From positions 10,976,001 to 11,040,000 of the forward strand of contig NC_087263.1 in the NCBI RefSeq assembly GCF_037042905.1: DNA of 64,000 nucleotides. Direction: 5' to 3'. Below are positions 1-13,445 of the stretch, piece after piece. Position numbers and translations under genes: made by a program. Position 1 is the first letter of the stretch; every line of letters begins with the position of its first letter. The DNA is from Lytechinus pictus (taxonomy: Eukaryota). Below the pieces are notes generated by a model. That model was not told the DNA's origin. It made no database searches and worked only from the letters and a program-made list of their open reading frames with translations.

Positions 1-130
1 TCATCGGTTCCGGGCCCGCAGAAGACCGCGTCTTTATGGTCACAGTCCCGCTTCCGTATTCGGGTACCATCATAGCCGCAAGATACGGAGCACTTGCTCC
101 AAGGTTGCCACATCGTCCACGAAGGCATCG
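1..130 (-). CDS. EGF/TSP1 protein exon 12 (partial): thrombospondin type-1 repeat
   Basis: Translates (P)MPSWTMWQPWSKCSVSCGYDGTRIRKRDCDHKDAVFCGPGTD, the WxxWxxWSxCSxSCG..RxRxRxC motif; phase-1 acceptor ctcag at 131-135. Confidence 0.92.
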
Positions 131-693
131 CTGAGGTCGGTGATGATGTGGCACAGTGACCAATCGACGGTGGTCATTGACCATGCACAGAGCGTGAAAA
201 GAACATATTCATATTCTGACTTTGCTTCAACTCCATATTCAGCAGTTCAGAGCATTCAAAATATTGCCAGACACGTTCCTTTTTGGCTGACACAAAAAGC
301 GCATCGTCCTAGACGTTACTTTTTATACTGTATCTTAAAACATGTTAAAATGTTACTATCAATGTCAAGCAATGGCAATTTTATATGGGAAAGACGTATT
401 CTTTTTTATCCCTCTTATTTTTGCTACCTGCGACTTTTAAAAATTGTGATTATCTTTTGACTTATGTACACTGTTGCATCCCCCTTCTTCTCTTGCGCAC
501 AGGCCGTTTAAGGAAATTTCCTCCGAGATACTCAATACTTTATCAAACTCGAATGTAGCACAGTGTGGATAGATATCTTTATAAAGAGGTAGATTGTGAT
601 CATACATGATGACAACCCCATTCAATTTAGGGTATACTTCATCCAAAAATCTTTTTAACGGAGTGTTCCTAGACATGCTAGATAAGGTTAAGG

Positions 694-833
694 CATAGGC
701 GGCGGAAGCGGGGGGGGGGGCGGGAGGACGTGTCCCCCCTAAATTTGAAATGGGGGACGATCCCCCCTAAATTTTTTGATGACTTTTTTTTTTTTGTCAA
801 AATATTTTGGTTATCCCTCCCTAAAATTGATAA

Positions 834-869
<36 letters not shown>

Positions 870-934
870 GGGGGGGGCTTGTAAAATTTTATTAATAATC
901 CCCCCCCTAAATTTTTTGGCTTCTGCCGCCAATG
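694..934. mobile_element. hAT-like MITE
   Basis: TIRs CATAGGCGGCGGAAGC / GCTTCTGCCGCCAATG; perfect 8-bp TSD GGTTAAGG (686-693, 935-942). Similar poly-G/C elements at ~4023-4320 and ~21875-22103. Confidence 0.85.
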
Positions 935-956
935 GGTTAAGGTACAGTACACTTAC

Positions 957-1112
957 GTTCATTACACGTGTCCCCTCGCCATTCTTCAGTGCATATGCAG
1001 GTTGCTTCGCGCTGTGACTTGGAAGCCTGGCATTCTCCACCGTTCAAACACACCACGTTGTCGCAAACCTGGTTCTTTCGCTTGCAGTCTCGGCCTTCCT
1101 GGGCAGGGTCAT
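957..1112 (-). CDS. EGF/TSP1 protein exon 11: end of EGF3 plus EGF4
   Basis: DPAQEGRDCKRKNQVCDNVVCLNGGECQASKSQREATCICTEEWRGDTCNE; acceptor tttcag, donor gtaagt, phase 1-1. Confidence 0.92.
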
Positions 1113-2119
1113 CTGAAATAAAAATAGGTAGAGAGGTGTCAATTGCCATCACACATGACACAATCGGTTATTAGTGTTTATAATGTAAACATGAAATGTG
1201 GACAGTGTTTATACAAAAATAGAAAGGAATATTGAAATCACGTGGCAGAATTTACTCCCCTTTCTAAAAATCATAATTTATCAACTCTAAAAATGTGGAG
1301 CAAAATAAAGTGGCAGGAATGTTTTCTATAAACGTAATTATTTTTTGAAAATAATTTAATTTAATATATGTGAATGATGTTTATTCTGAATAAACATTTA
1401 TTCTTTTACAAAAAGATTGTCGAAGAGTGCAGTTCCCTCCGAGAAGGAAAAACAGTGGCGTATTTGGACAGGTCGATCTAGCGAGGTGATTATACAGGCT
1501 CCCTTTAGCACCAGCGATGCCCTTTATCGTGTAATTAATTTTATTTTCCCAAACACCCTTTTTTATATTCGTTGATGTGCCAAGATCATGAAAGGTATGA
1601 CCGGCTGGTAATGTACTTGGTCATCGCTGAAGGTAAACATTATAGGCCCTAGCACGCTTCCCTGAGGTACAACATTTTATTTTTGAATACCTTCTTTTTC
1701 ACCCCTATATCTTCTACTGTTCTAACTGTTTCATTGCAATTTTGAATTCACTTTAAAGTTCACCTAGTTCTATGCATGAACCCAAAATCTATTTCCTCGT
1801 TTTAATTTCCATTATAAAACCATAAAAGCATTAAATGAATAACCAGCATGACCAATAATCAGTCATGTTTCTTTGTATAAATGATGATTTTCCTTGATAG
1901 ATTACATGTTATCAACATCCCATAAAAGTGATACACTAAAATTGGACAAAGAAAAGAGTCCTTAAGGCGGGGAAAATATTGAAAAGAGCGGTGTTAAAAT
2001 TATAGCACATAACACTAAAGTCCCCAAGATTTCTGATTGGATGAGCCAAAAGTTGTAATTCATTTCTCAAGTTGCATTTTGATTGCAACTCTCTTTCTGC
2101 GACAGGGGCCATGTCTCAC

Positions 2120-2294
2120 CTCCCCATCCTTCCATGCACTTGCACGTCCATGTCCTCTGTCCTGCGTGCGCCGTACAGATTCCGTACTGACCGCAAGGGT
2201 TGTCGTAATCGACGCAAGCGTCGTAGGGCTTCTCGCAACGGGGTCCCATCCACATCCGGTTGCAAACGCATTCGTGTTTGTACCCTTCTTTCTC
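2120..2294 (-). CDS. EGF/TSP1 protein exon 10: end of EGF2 plus most of EGF3
   Basis: EKEGYKHECVCNRMWMGPRCEKPYDACVDYDNPCGQYGICTAHAGQRTWTCKCMEGWG; acceptor aacag, donor gtgaga, phase 0-1. Confidence 0.9.
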
Positions 2295-2811
2295 CTGTTC
2301 TCGCGACATGATAGTTTTGAGACGTTATAAACAAAACAAAGGAGGATATCATTGGAAGTATGAGACAGCAATTTTCGGTTAATGTTAACTGATTGTTTTC
2401 TTTGGGTTCATTAATAATAAGAAAAAAAAAACATGAAATGAGCAATTGTCTAGCGATTGCGTACAAACATGGACCTACTGCAACATGGTATCCATTGGGA
2501 TTGACTTCATTGTCACCCTCACCCTTACCCCACCCCCCCTGAAATAATAATAATAATGACAAAAATGAATAAATATAAAGTATAACATGCACCGTATTAT
2601 TTTGGCGTCAGCAATTAAACACACAATAAGTGTCAAAACAATCCCGGTAAAAAATAACGGTTCCAATAGGATCTTCTAAGGAATTATTCCTAAAAGTGTG
2701 ATTATATGTGCTAGTATGATGCGAATGACAATAGACATGTCAGTCAGTGTCATTTGATTTATTCACCAAAAAAGTAATGCAATTATCCTTCGCCAAAAAA
2801 GTTAAACTTAC

Positions 2812-2873
2812 CACACACTCAATCGTATTAGTCTTGGAACACTGTTCTTTCGCTGTTCCGCATACATTTAAAT
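2812..2873 (-). CDS. EGF/TSP1 protein exon 9: first half of EGF2
   Basis: (D)LNVCGTAKEQCSKTNTIECV; acceptor gaacag, donor gtaagt, phase 1-0; supplies the three Cys missing from the next exon. Confidence 0.85.
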
Positions 2874-2999
2874 CTGTTCAATAAGGATAAGGATAATGAC
2901 AATGTTTATTTTAATATGATAATGATTGTATTAATAACTGATGGTGGTGAGGAAATGATACCATTAGTCTCCACCCCCTTCGTCTTCACGCTAATACAA

Positions 3000-3197
3000 T
3001 TACCATGACTACAACTACCATGACTACTACTGCTAGTGCTACTACTACTACTACTATTACTACTACTACTACTACTACTAGTACTGCTGCTGCTACTACT
3101 ACTGCTACTACTACTGCTGCTGCTGCTGCCATTACTACTGCGACTATTTCTACTACTGCTATTACCATTGCTGATGCTACTACTAGTACTAATATTG

Positions 3198-3240
<43 letters not shown>

Positions 3241-3314
3241 CAATACTACTACTACTACTATACTACTACTACTACTACTACTAATAATAATATTATTACT
3301 ACAGCAATAACTAT

Positions 3315-3371
<57 letters not shown>

Positions 3372-3413
3372 CTCAACTACGACCACTGCTACTACTAAGT
3401 GCTGATGCAACTA

Positions 3414-3448
<35 letters not shown>

Positions 3449-3540
3449 ACTGCTACTACTTCTACTACTGCTGGTGCTACTACTACTTCTACTACTGCTG
3501 GTGCTACTACTACTACTACTACTACTATACTACTACTTAC
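3000..3540. repeat. (TAC/TGC)n trinucleotide microsatellite
   Basis: Directly visible; source of the poly-T/V/L ORFs. Confidence 0.97.
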
Positions 3541-3675
3541 CATCGCATTTTTTCGCCCTTGAATTATATGTCCAGCCAGGATTACAATGACACGTGTATG
3601 ATTTTGAAACATCGGTTCCAGTCTCAGAACATCTACTCATGTGAGGGCCATTACATGGATTGCTAGAACAAGGCT
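3541..3675 (-). CDS. EGF/TSP1 protein exon 8: EGF1
   Basis: PCSSNPCNGPHMSRCSETGTDVSKSYTCHCNPGWTYNSRAKKCD; acceptor ttctag, donor gtaagt, phase 1-1. Confidence 0.9.
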
Positions 3676-4634
3676 CTAGAAGAAAATTTTGAAACCTGCT
3701 ACATTATTCAAGAATTAAGATGGTTCTTGATAGTCTCGAAGAAATGTGAAGTGATTTCAGTGCAGAGTCTATCAAACTTCACTCGCTTAGACATTTCCTA
3801 TTCATTGCCGTACACATTTTTTTTTTTTTTTACCAGGGGCCCATTTCATAAAGAATTAAAGTTGCTATAATAGCAAGTCTGGTGGATAGCAACTTTTACA
3901 TTTGCATTTTTAAAAAGAAACTCGAAAGCAAAAGAGTGAAGAGATTTTTATTTCCCCGTCAATACTTTTTCACCCGACACAAGAGGGCTGTTCTGAATGC
4001 TTATGCGATACTCGAACATACGCATGGGCGTAATAAGCTGAACATTTTGAGGGGGCTCAATATGGCGTATCACATAAAATAAAAAGAGTTGGGAGCGAGC
4101 AAAAGATTTGACATTTTTATTACAAAATCCAACCAAGTGTGTGATAGATTTTGACATAATATTCAGAAAACAATATGTTTCATTCTTATCCCTTTCTTTT
4201 CTTTCCCTTTTTCCTTGGTCGTGAATTTTTTTATATTTATTTTTTATTTTTTTGGGGGGAGGGGCAAGAGCCCCCCCCCCCCCCCCCCCCCCGGCCAGCA
4301 CCTCCATCTGTACGCCGGTGAACCTGCCTCCATTAATTCGATTGCAGGATCGCTGATCGATGGGTCAGAAATTACGCTATACCCTAGCGTTTCGTATCGC
4401 TATGAATATTACAAAGGCGCAGTCTGACTAAAATTTAATAGACCGTATTATATCGTCATTCAATAGACTTATTCGTGAAAAAGATGCGGCCATGGTATAC
4501 TGCCCTCTGGCGTCGGGTACACAAGTACTGACGGTCGAAAAAAATCGCCGGCGGGAATCTGATTTGATTTGTGCTTCTTACACCAACACCCAACACCGAC
4601 ACGGCCAGGGACATATGATTATGGCATGGCTTAC

Positions 4635-4707
4635 TTGGGCAGTTGTCCCTTTTGGCATGAGGATCATCAGTATTCCTTAAACAGTTGATGTAGGCCATAG
4701 TCGCACT
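4635..4707 (-). CDS. EGF/TSP1 protein exon 7
   Basis: SATMAYINCLRNTDDPHAKRDNCP(K); acceptor tttttcag, donor gtaagc, phase 0-1. Confidence 0.82.
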
Positions 4708-5720
4708 CTGAAAAATAAGAATTTTTTTGTTGTTTATTTATGGTGATTTCTTAAAGGCAAACCAAATGTACATGTAAATGACTGGACCAGCCTTATGGGA
4801 CATGAACAGACGGTCCTCGACCGTCTTTAAAAGAATTTATGACATTTTCGTGAACATTGGATCGGGTGGTTGAATCGTGGTCCTACTTCAATGAAAAGTT
4901 AATCCTGATGTCAGCTTGTTTTTTATAAGATTAAGAAATAATCATATGGAGTGTCGATTAAGTGTTTGGTAAACTCCAACAGAGCAACAGCGAGAAAGAA
5001 AGAGAGAGAGGGGATGGGGGAGGGGGAGCGCCCCATTTTTTTATCATAGGCAATTGATTAACTGATGGGGGAGGATGATTTCATTTTGATTTTTCAATGA
5101 AAACAAAAATATTGGCTCATCGGACACGACACGGATCACTTTTGTAATTGATCAGTTTTCTTTCAAATGTTATCCTTTCCCTATTTTCCTTTCAAGTCTT
5201 TATCACACAAAAAATGTTAAGGTAATAAAGCCTTGACGCCCTTTCCCCCACACCACTTACACATTCCAAGAATTGTTTCAAATTGAACAGGGGGGGGGGG
5301 GCTAGTTTTGTTTTGCCAGCCCATCTCTGGTGAAGTACATCAGTGGAATCGTTTATGAGACATCCATTTTTCTTGTAGTGTAAAATTGGAGAGATGTATG
5401 ACGTAAAGCGGATAGAACACTTCATTTTAACTTAATTGTAACAATAGTTTCATTAAGCGCTGTGTAAGTCTATCTATTTATTTGTTTTTACTATTATTAC
5501 TACTATTATTATCATCATTATCATTATTATATTATTATTGTTATTGTTTCCATTCTAACTTAATTGTTATAATATATTCATTAAGCGCTGTGTAAGTCTA
5601 TTTATTTGTTTTTATTATTATTATTCCTACTTTTATTATCATCTTTATTGTTATCATTATTATTATTAATATTATTATTATTATCATTATCACCATCATC
5701 AACATTATTAATATTCTTAC

Positions 5721-5873
5721 TGCGAACTCGTAGGTGAAGCCCTCATCGTGGTGATCTTTGTGGATCTCGTAGACCTCCTCCCATTTACACCACTTCCGCC
5801 ATCGATTCTTTCCGAGGATGCCTTCGAATTTGCGTCCTTTCTTGTACACGCACATCTCCCAAACCTCTACGTA
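5721..5873 (-). CDS. EGF/TSP1 protein exon 6: Cys/Trp-rich N-terminal domain
   Basis: YVEVWEMCVYKKGRKFEGILGKNRWRKWCKWEEVYEIHKDHHDEGFTYEFA; acceptor ttttctcccag, donor gtaaga, phase 0-0. Confidence 0.88.
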
Positions 5874-6388
5874 CTGGGAGAAAACAGAGGAGCGCCTTTA
5901 TTATAAATCACATATTCAGTTAGATTCGTGTTAATAATACTGAGTTTCGGCAAACACTACGCAGACACTTGTTGGAGCGTTGAGAATCTATTGTCAATAG
6001 CCCTCTATGAGAAAGCAGCACTTGTCGAAAATCGGTGAATCAAAACAGCAGTGTCGTCCAGTGCAGGCCGCACAGAAACGTTGTTAGCCTAACAGAGCGC
6101 CGAGGGGTAAGCCCAGTCACATCTTTCGGATTGTGAAGTCAAAGCATTTATGTCAAATACGGATTCTCATTCGGTGTCCAGTTTGGACCGGTAGTGGTCT
6201 TTAATTGGTCTTTTAACTTCTTATACCGATAGAAAAACCTCCCATTTAAACTCCAGAAAAAAAGATTGTTCAAATTAACCAACAATGTATTGGTGAATTG
6301 TCCGACTGACAAAAATAGTCAAACTCGTCCAATTACATATCATCGTAGATTTTGACCTTTTTACCGGTCGGACACCTCTTACCAACAT

Positions 6389-6545
6389 GGGCCCCGTTTC
6401 ATAAAGGAATTGCAACTGTTGTAACTTTGCCATCATGGCAACTACCATGGTAACCTTGATTTTGATTGGCTGCAAATCCCTGTTGCCATGGTCGTTGTCA
6501 CAATGGCAAAGTTACAACAATTGCAACTCTTCATGAAACGGGCCC
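6389..6545. mobile_element. Short palindromic MITE of the GGGCCC/GTTTCAT-ended type
   Basis: Ends GGGCCCCGTTTCAT / ATGAAACGGGCCC with internal palindrome; similar elements at ~6907, ~7043, ~9204-9364, ~14935-15165 and ~59710-60655. Confidence 0.75.
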
Positions 6546-6671
6546 TGCAGATTGGTTTCCTTGGCCAATCCTTCATAAGGTATAATTTTGTTTTAACAAA
6601 AAATTAGGACTACTATCCTTCATATCAATATATGATTTATATCAAATGTTGATAAATTCAAGAATACCTAC

Positions 6672-6708
6672 TGAAGGAAACCACTCTATTCTCTCTGGAA
6701 ATCTGAAT
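6672..6708 (-). CDS. EGF/TSP1 protein exon 5 (37-nt microexon)
   Basis: FRFPERIEWFPS; acceptor ttttacag, donor gtaggt, phase 2-0; needed to reconcile the phases of the flanking exons. Confidence 0.7.
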
Positions 6709-7689
6709 CTGTAAAATCAATCAATAAATAAAATAAACGAATGAATAGATTAATTTATAAGCAGATAAATACATGGATAAGGAATTATTAAAGAGGTGAA
6801 TAAATAAATAAATAAATATATGAATAAATAAACAAATAAAACAAAGTGATTACCAGTGTAAAGCATGATGCTGAAAGTATCAGCCTAAAACTGTTATTTA
6901 AATCAAGGCCCCGTTTCATAAAACTGGTTGTAATTACCGTTAATAGCTACTGACATCCTTCAACCTTATTGGCTGATATTCAATTTGCCATATATACTTT
7001 GCATTTGTTATTATAACAAGTCTTCATGAAAAGGGATCCAGACTGGGGAACATTTCATGAAAACACTTGCGAATGTTGTATCAGACACAGTCTGTTGAAT
7101 CCGACAGTTACCATGGCAACTGCGCCGTCTCCACTAATCGAAATAATAAAGGAAAGTTGTCAGATCTGGCAACTTATCAGACGAGAACTCTTGATGAAAC
7201 CGTGCTGGAAAGAACACAGAGTTACATAGTGTGTTTACATAGTGGACTATGTGAAAATATTATTCACACTGTTCAAATACTAAAAGTATAAGATATGTTC
7301 ACACTGCGGACACTTTGACCAGGGAAGTGTTATAACACTTCCCTGCTTTGACAGTGTGACAGTTCACAGAGTGTTCACATGGTCGACTATGCTGTGTGAA
7401 TATGTGATTCACACTGTTTGAAATGCTCAAATTTAACAGTGTGAAGGTGATTTCACATTGTGTTCCACACTGTAAACTCACTGTGGCACACATTATGGGA
7501 CACTGTCTTCTTTCCGGTAGGGAATGCTGTGTTAAGCAAAATTTCACTATTGGTGTTGACAGTCGGATGATGTACCGTGTTGATTTATCTTTTTTGAACC
7601 AACACCAGCACGGAAGATATAGAAAAACTACAGCAAACGTCATGATGTATCACTTTCATATTAATAATTACTATATACTCAACTGCGCA

Positions 7690-7902
7690 TTACATTATTT
7701 TTTCCATTATTTCACCAGCTGCCTAGAGGCCCTTTGGCATGCGAGGAATTTCTTCCCACTGGGTATTCAACTCACCTGGTTTGAGTGCAGCACTATGTGG
7801 GTAAATTTCCTGCCGAAGGAAAACACGCCATGACTGGGAATTGAACCCACGTCCCTCAGATTGAAAGACGAGAGTCATGAACCACAAGACCACGACGCCC
7901 CC
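7690..7902 (-). mobile_element. tRNA-derived SINE
   Basis: Head GGGGGCGTCGTGGTC...GGGTTCAATTCCC (A/B boxes) followed by a core; related copies at ~52200-52455 and ~56585-56925. Confidence 0.75.
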
Positions 7903-8764
7903 ACGACCACGATGGGGACATTTTCTTACAATAGATGATGATCTAGTCGTAAAATACAATATATTCTCTTTTGGAGACACTTGGGGACTTACAGAAAGAA
8001 TATTCTCATAAGAGTATCCAATATTTCAATACTAGGGCCCGTATTCTGAACTCGAGGTTGAATTACACCCTAGTTTAAAGTTGAGGTTTAACTATGGAGA
8101 GCCAATTGGAGCACAAATCCCTAACAGTACACATTCAATTTATTAACTCATATGACACCCAAATTGTTTATAACTGTCTGGGAGTGATAACTGAAGTATT
8201 TTCTTCGTTATGAAAGCAAAAGGAAACAAAATAGTAAACATAAGAAATATACAATATAAAAAGAATTTTTAACTGTTGGCTCCCCATAGTTTTAGCACAG
8301 ATATAGACCGTGGTCTAAGTTAAACCGGATTTCAGAATACGAGCCTATAAGATAATTAATACTTCATATTAACATAAAGATTTACATACCATGGGCTACA
8401 AAATACACAACAAAATAGCGAAAATATCAAATAAATTGGAAAGGGGAGGACGAACTAAAGGGAAATTAAAAAAAAAAAAACGGATTTAGGCCTGTATTTC
8501 ATAACACTTCTTCATTAAAGTTTATCCTAAATGTGAGCAATCACGAATTAGACACACAAAAAAGGAAACCAACACAGAATGTATAGCTTTGATATGAAGT
8601 ATACTTCAGTTTACTATTCCTCATTCCTTAGAAAAATTATCGCTTTTGTATACCGATAAAATTTACATATAGAGGAGTTAGAAAGGTTGTCGTTGGTAAA
8701 ATCAAATTAAATTCAAATTCTGGATAAACTATCGGACATACAAATTGGCCTATTGGAAACTTAC

Positions 8765-8836
8765 CTGAAATTTTTAAATTTGTCTGTGTTTAAATCTTTT
8801 ATTGGAATAGGCCCTTTATTGGGTTCATGTCTTGCT
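8765..8836 (-). CDS. EGF/TSP1 protein exon 4
   Basis: ARHEPNKGPIPIKDLNTDKFKNF; acceptor cttctacag, donor gtaagt; only the phase 2-2 frame is open. Confidence 0.75.
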
Positions 8837-9409
8837 CTGTAGAAGATGAGAATAACATTACATAAATAATTATTCTTATCATATTATTGATTTTACTCGA
8901 ATATACACATTTCTGTTTAAGTAAGGGAAAATATGTACTCATTAGAAGTGTTTAGTTTCTGTTAAATTTGTTTACATTTATTTATTAATTCATTATTACC
9001 ATTATCATTATTATCATTGTTGTTGATGTTATTACTATTATTTGGGGTGGTGATAAATTTAAAATAGGCGTCTCAGGCTTATATGTTACTCATCGTTTTT
9101 TACTGTATCCTTTGAATTTTCCTCTTTCTCAAAAAAAAGGAGAGAAACTTTATTCCGCATTTAGAGTCAGAATTCATTCTTGCTCTTAATGTAGGTGATA
9201 ATCAGGGGAGTGTTTCATCAACATTTTCATCCGACAAGTTGTCAGATCTGACATCTTTCTCTGATGTTGATTGGCTGAGAGGTACTGTTACTATGGTAAC
9301 TGTCGGATAAAATGGGACTTGTCGGATAAAACGTCCGACAAGTCCTTTCATGAAACGCCCCCCTGTACTCAAATTTACGTAGATATTTTCAAACGAACAT
9401 GTGCCTTAA

Positions 9410-10578
9410 AGGGATGGTCCGGGTTGAAAATATTCATAGCTTAATAAATAGAGTAGAATTCACTGAGCAAAATGCCGAATATTTTATCAAAATCGGATAA
9501 CAAATAACAAAATTATTGTATTTTAAAGTTTAGCAATATTTTGTGAAAACAATCGTCATGAATATTCATTAGGTGGGCTGATGATGTCACATCTCCACTT
9601 GTTCTTTTGTATTTTATTATATGAAATTAGGTTTATTCAAATTTTCCCTCCAAGAACTAGAAAAATTGGATTGACAACTGATTTAGTGCATTAGACATTT
9701 ATTGCTGCAACTTATTTCATTATAAGGGAAACATATTATTCACACAAGTATGAAATAATGAAAAAAAATATGATTTTATGTAAAAACATAAGAAAACGGA
9801 AAGTGGGGATGTGACATCATAAGCCTACCTAATGAATATTCATGACGACTGTTTTCACAAAATATTGCTAAACTTTAAACTTAAAGGAGAATAAAACCCT
9901 TGAAACTAGCTGAATCCATATCAAAGAGAAAAATCAAAGAAACATATTGTTGAAAGTTTGAGGAAGATTGAATGAATAATAAGAAAGTTATGAGCATTTG
10001 AATATTGAGATCACTAGTGCCATGTAGATCCTCCCATCGGCAATGCGACCAAGATCTGTGATATCACACACGTACAACTCCCTCATTACTTTAGTACTTA
10101 TTTCACTTATATTCTCACTTTTATAGAGTCTATCACAAGGTTAGGTGTTTTCTTTATGAGATGACAAGTACAGAGGTTTCACAACATTATATCATTGATG
10201 AATCGTTTGTCATATGATTAGAATGAGCAAAAAGAGATGTTTTGGGGTATATTTTCAGTGTCCGAATGGGAGAGTTGTACGTGTGTGACATCACAGATCT
10301 TGGTCGCATTGCCAATGAGAGGATCTCCATAGCATTAGTGATCTCGACATTCAAATGCTCATAACTCTTTTATTGCTAGTCCTATTTTACTCAAAGTTTT
10401 GTTGATCTTATTCTTTGATTTTTCTGCTTTCACAAAAGCTAACTTGCTCCAAGAGTTTCATTCTCCTTTAAATAACTTTATTATCTGTTATCCGATTTTT
10501 ATGAAATTTTCAGCATTTTGCTCAGTGACCTGTATTCTATGTATTAAGATATGAATATTTTCAGCTCGGACCATCCCT
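9410..10578. mobile_element. Kolobok/T2-type MITE (host)
   Basis: TTAA|AGGGATGGTCCG ... CGGACCATCCCT|GTAA with long imperfect inverted arms. Confidence 0.8.
9885..10467. mobile_element. Kolobok/T2-type MITE nested in the previous element
   Basis: TTAA|AGGAGAAT ... ATTCTCCT|TTAA with palindromic body. Confidence 0.82.
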
Positions 10579-10974
10579 GTAATACTATTTACGAAATAAT
10601 ATCATCGCGTCCAAATTATTGACCTATATGAATTCTTTCATTGTTCAGGCCCTGTGATATTCCCTTTATTTCTTATGAATCTTACAATGTATGTTCCATA
10701 GTTAAATAACCGTGTTTAATTTATTGAGAATTGAAAATTGAAATTGCAAGCTTTGTTAAGATTTTAAACACTTGTTTATACTCTTTAAACTACTGTAAGG
10801 TTCATTAGTAAACAGCGTTGTATTAAAAGATAATTTAAACAACATTTTACTGTGTAGAAGAAATGGAACTATTAGATTTGGACATCACACATCATTTTCA
10901 TTATGCTGAAAGTAAGACAGACCTATTTCAGTCCATAAAATTCTAAAAATAATTCACGATTAATCCCCGGAATA

Positions 10975-11140
10975 CAACCTACCACTCACCCAATAAACTA
11001 ACTAACCAGACAACTAACCAACTAGACAACCAACCAACCTACCAGCAAGCCAGCCAGACAACAAACCAACAATCCAGACAACCAAACAACCATCCAACCA
11101 ACCATACAACCAACCAACCAACCAACCAACCAGCCAAACC

Positions 11141-11216
<76 letters not shown>

Positions 11217-13134
11217 GTCAATGAATAAATAAATAAATAAATAAATCAACCAACCAAACAACCAGCCAACCAACCAACCAATCATACAACCAACCAACCA
11301 CTGAACCAGCCAAACCACCAATCAATCAATCAATCAATCAATCAGTCAATGAATAAATAAATAAATAAATAAATCAACCAACCATCCAATCAACCAACCA
11401 TCCAACTAACCAACCAGAAAACCAACCAACCACCCAACGAGACAACCAGTCAAACAACCAACCAACCAGAAAACCAACCAACCACCCAACCAGCAAGACA
11501 ACAACCACCTACCCAGACAACGAACCAACCAACCAACCAACCATCCAATCAATCAGACAACCAACCTATACCACCAACCATCCAATCAGACAACCAACCA
11601 CCAAACCAGACAGCCAACCAACCAACCAACCACCCATCAATTCAACGAACCAACCAACCAACCAATCAGAAAACCGTCTACCACCATCCATCCAACCAAC
11701 CAACCTACCAAACAACCAATCAATCAGACAACCAACCTATACCACCAACCAGACAACCAACCAACCACCAAACCAGACAGCCAACCAACAACTAGCGTAC
11801 CTACGGGGGGGGGGCAGGGGGGGGGGCACTCTGCCCCCCCCCCCCTGACGAGCCACAACCCATACAAAAGACATATACCTGCTCCCCCTGACGAGCTTAA
11901 AAGACCTTTTTTGCCCCCCCTGACGAGCTTGAAGACCTTTATTGCCCCCCCCCTGATGAGCTTGAAGACCAAACAACCAGCAAACCAACCAATCATACAA
12001 CCAACCAACCACTGAACCAGCCAAACCACCAATCAATCAATCAATCAGTCAATGAATAAATAAATAAATAAATCAATCAACCAACCATCCAACTAACCAA
12101 CCAGAAAACCAACCAACCACCCAACGAGACAACCAGTCAAACAACCAACCAACCAGAAAACCAACCAACCACCCAACCAGCAAGACAACAACCACCTACC
12201 CAGACAACGAACCAACCAACCAACCAACCATCCAATCAATCAGACAACCAACCTATACCACCAACCATCCAACCAACCACCAAACCAGACAGCCAACCAA
12301 CCAACCAACCACCCATCAATTCAACGAACGAACCAACCAACCAATCAACAAGACAACCCGTCAAACAACCAACCAACAAGACAACAACCACCTACCCAGA
12401 CAACGAACCAACCAACCATCCAATCAATCAATCAATCAGACAACCAACCTATACCACCAACCATCCAATCAGACAACCAACCACCAAACCAGACAGCCAA
12501 CCAACCAACCAACCAACCACCCATCAATTCAACGAACCAACCAACCAACCATCCAATCAATCAGACAACCAACCTATACCACCAACCATCCAATCAGACA
12601 ACCAACCACCAAACCAGACAGCCAACCAACCACCCATCAATTCAACGAACCAACCAACCAACCAATCAACAAGACAACCCGTCAAACAACCAACCAACAA
12701 GACAACAACCACCTACCCAGACAACGAACCAACCAACCAACCATCCAATCAATCAGACAACCAACCTATACCACCAACCATCCAATCAGACAACCAACCA
12801 CCAAACCAGACAGCCAACCAACCAACCAACCACCCATCAATTCAACGAACCAACCAACCAACCAATCAGAAAACCGTCTACCACCATCCATCCAACCAAC
12901 CAACCTACCAAACAACCAATCAATCAGACAACCAACCTATACCACCAACCAGACAACCAACCAACCAACCACCAAACCAGACAGCCAACCAACAACTAGC
13001 GTACCTACGGGGGGGGGGGGGGCAGGGGGGGCACTCTGCCCCCCTGACGAGCCACAACTCATACAAAAGACATATACCTGCCCCCCCTGACGAGCTTAAA
13101 AGACCTTTTTTGCCCCCCCTGACGAGCTTGAAGA

Positions 13135-13179
<45 letters not shown>

Positions 13180-13445
13180 TGTCAATTTTTTTGGCGGCCG
13201 ATTTTGCCCCCCCTGTGAAAAATCCTAGGTACGCCACTGCAACCAACCAACCAACCACCCATCAATTCAACCAACCAACCAACCAACCAATCAGAAAACC
13301 GTCTACCACCATCCATCCAACCAACCAACCAACCAACCAACCTACCAAACAACCAACCAACCAATCAATCAGACAACCAACCAACCACCAAACCAGACAA
13401 CCAACCAACCAACGATCAAACCAACCAATCAGACCACCAACCACC
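10975..13445. repeat. Compound (CAAC)n/(CAAT)n satellite with higher-order duplications
   Basis: Directly visible; blocks such as CAGACAACCAACCTATACCACCAACC recur many times. Confidence 0.95.
12994..13239. mobile_element. hAT-like MITE within the CAAC satellite
   Basis: TIRs AACTAGCGTACCTA / TAGGTACGCCACTG, flanked by CAACCAAC on both sides; truncated duplicate at ~11790-11968. Confidence 0.75.

Noticed and set aside
140..1040. ORFs 140-460, 437-676, 678-1040 and 730-1017 as genes
   Set aside because: Intronic sequence and a poly-T/poly-G MITE; no recognisable domains.
2986..3612. Poly-Thr/Val/Leu ORFs as mucin-like or membrane proteins
   Set aside because: They are translations of a (TAC)n microsatellite in an intron; the real exon is 3541-3675 in another frame.
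5261..5302. Possible extra exon of the EGF/TSP1 gene ending in a GTAAGT donor
   Set aside because: No convincing acceptor, and exons 5721-5873 and 4635-4707 already join in phase.
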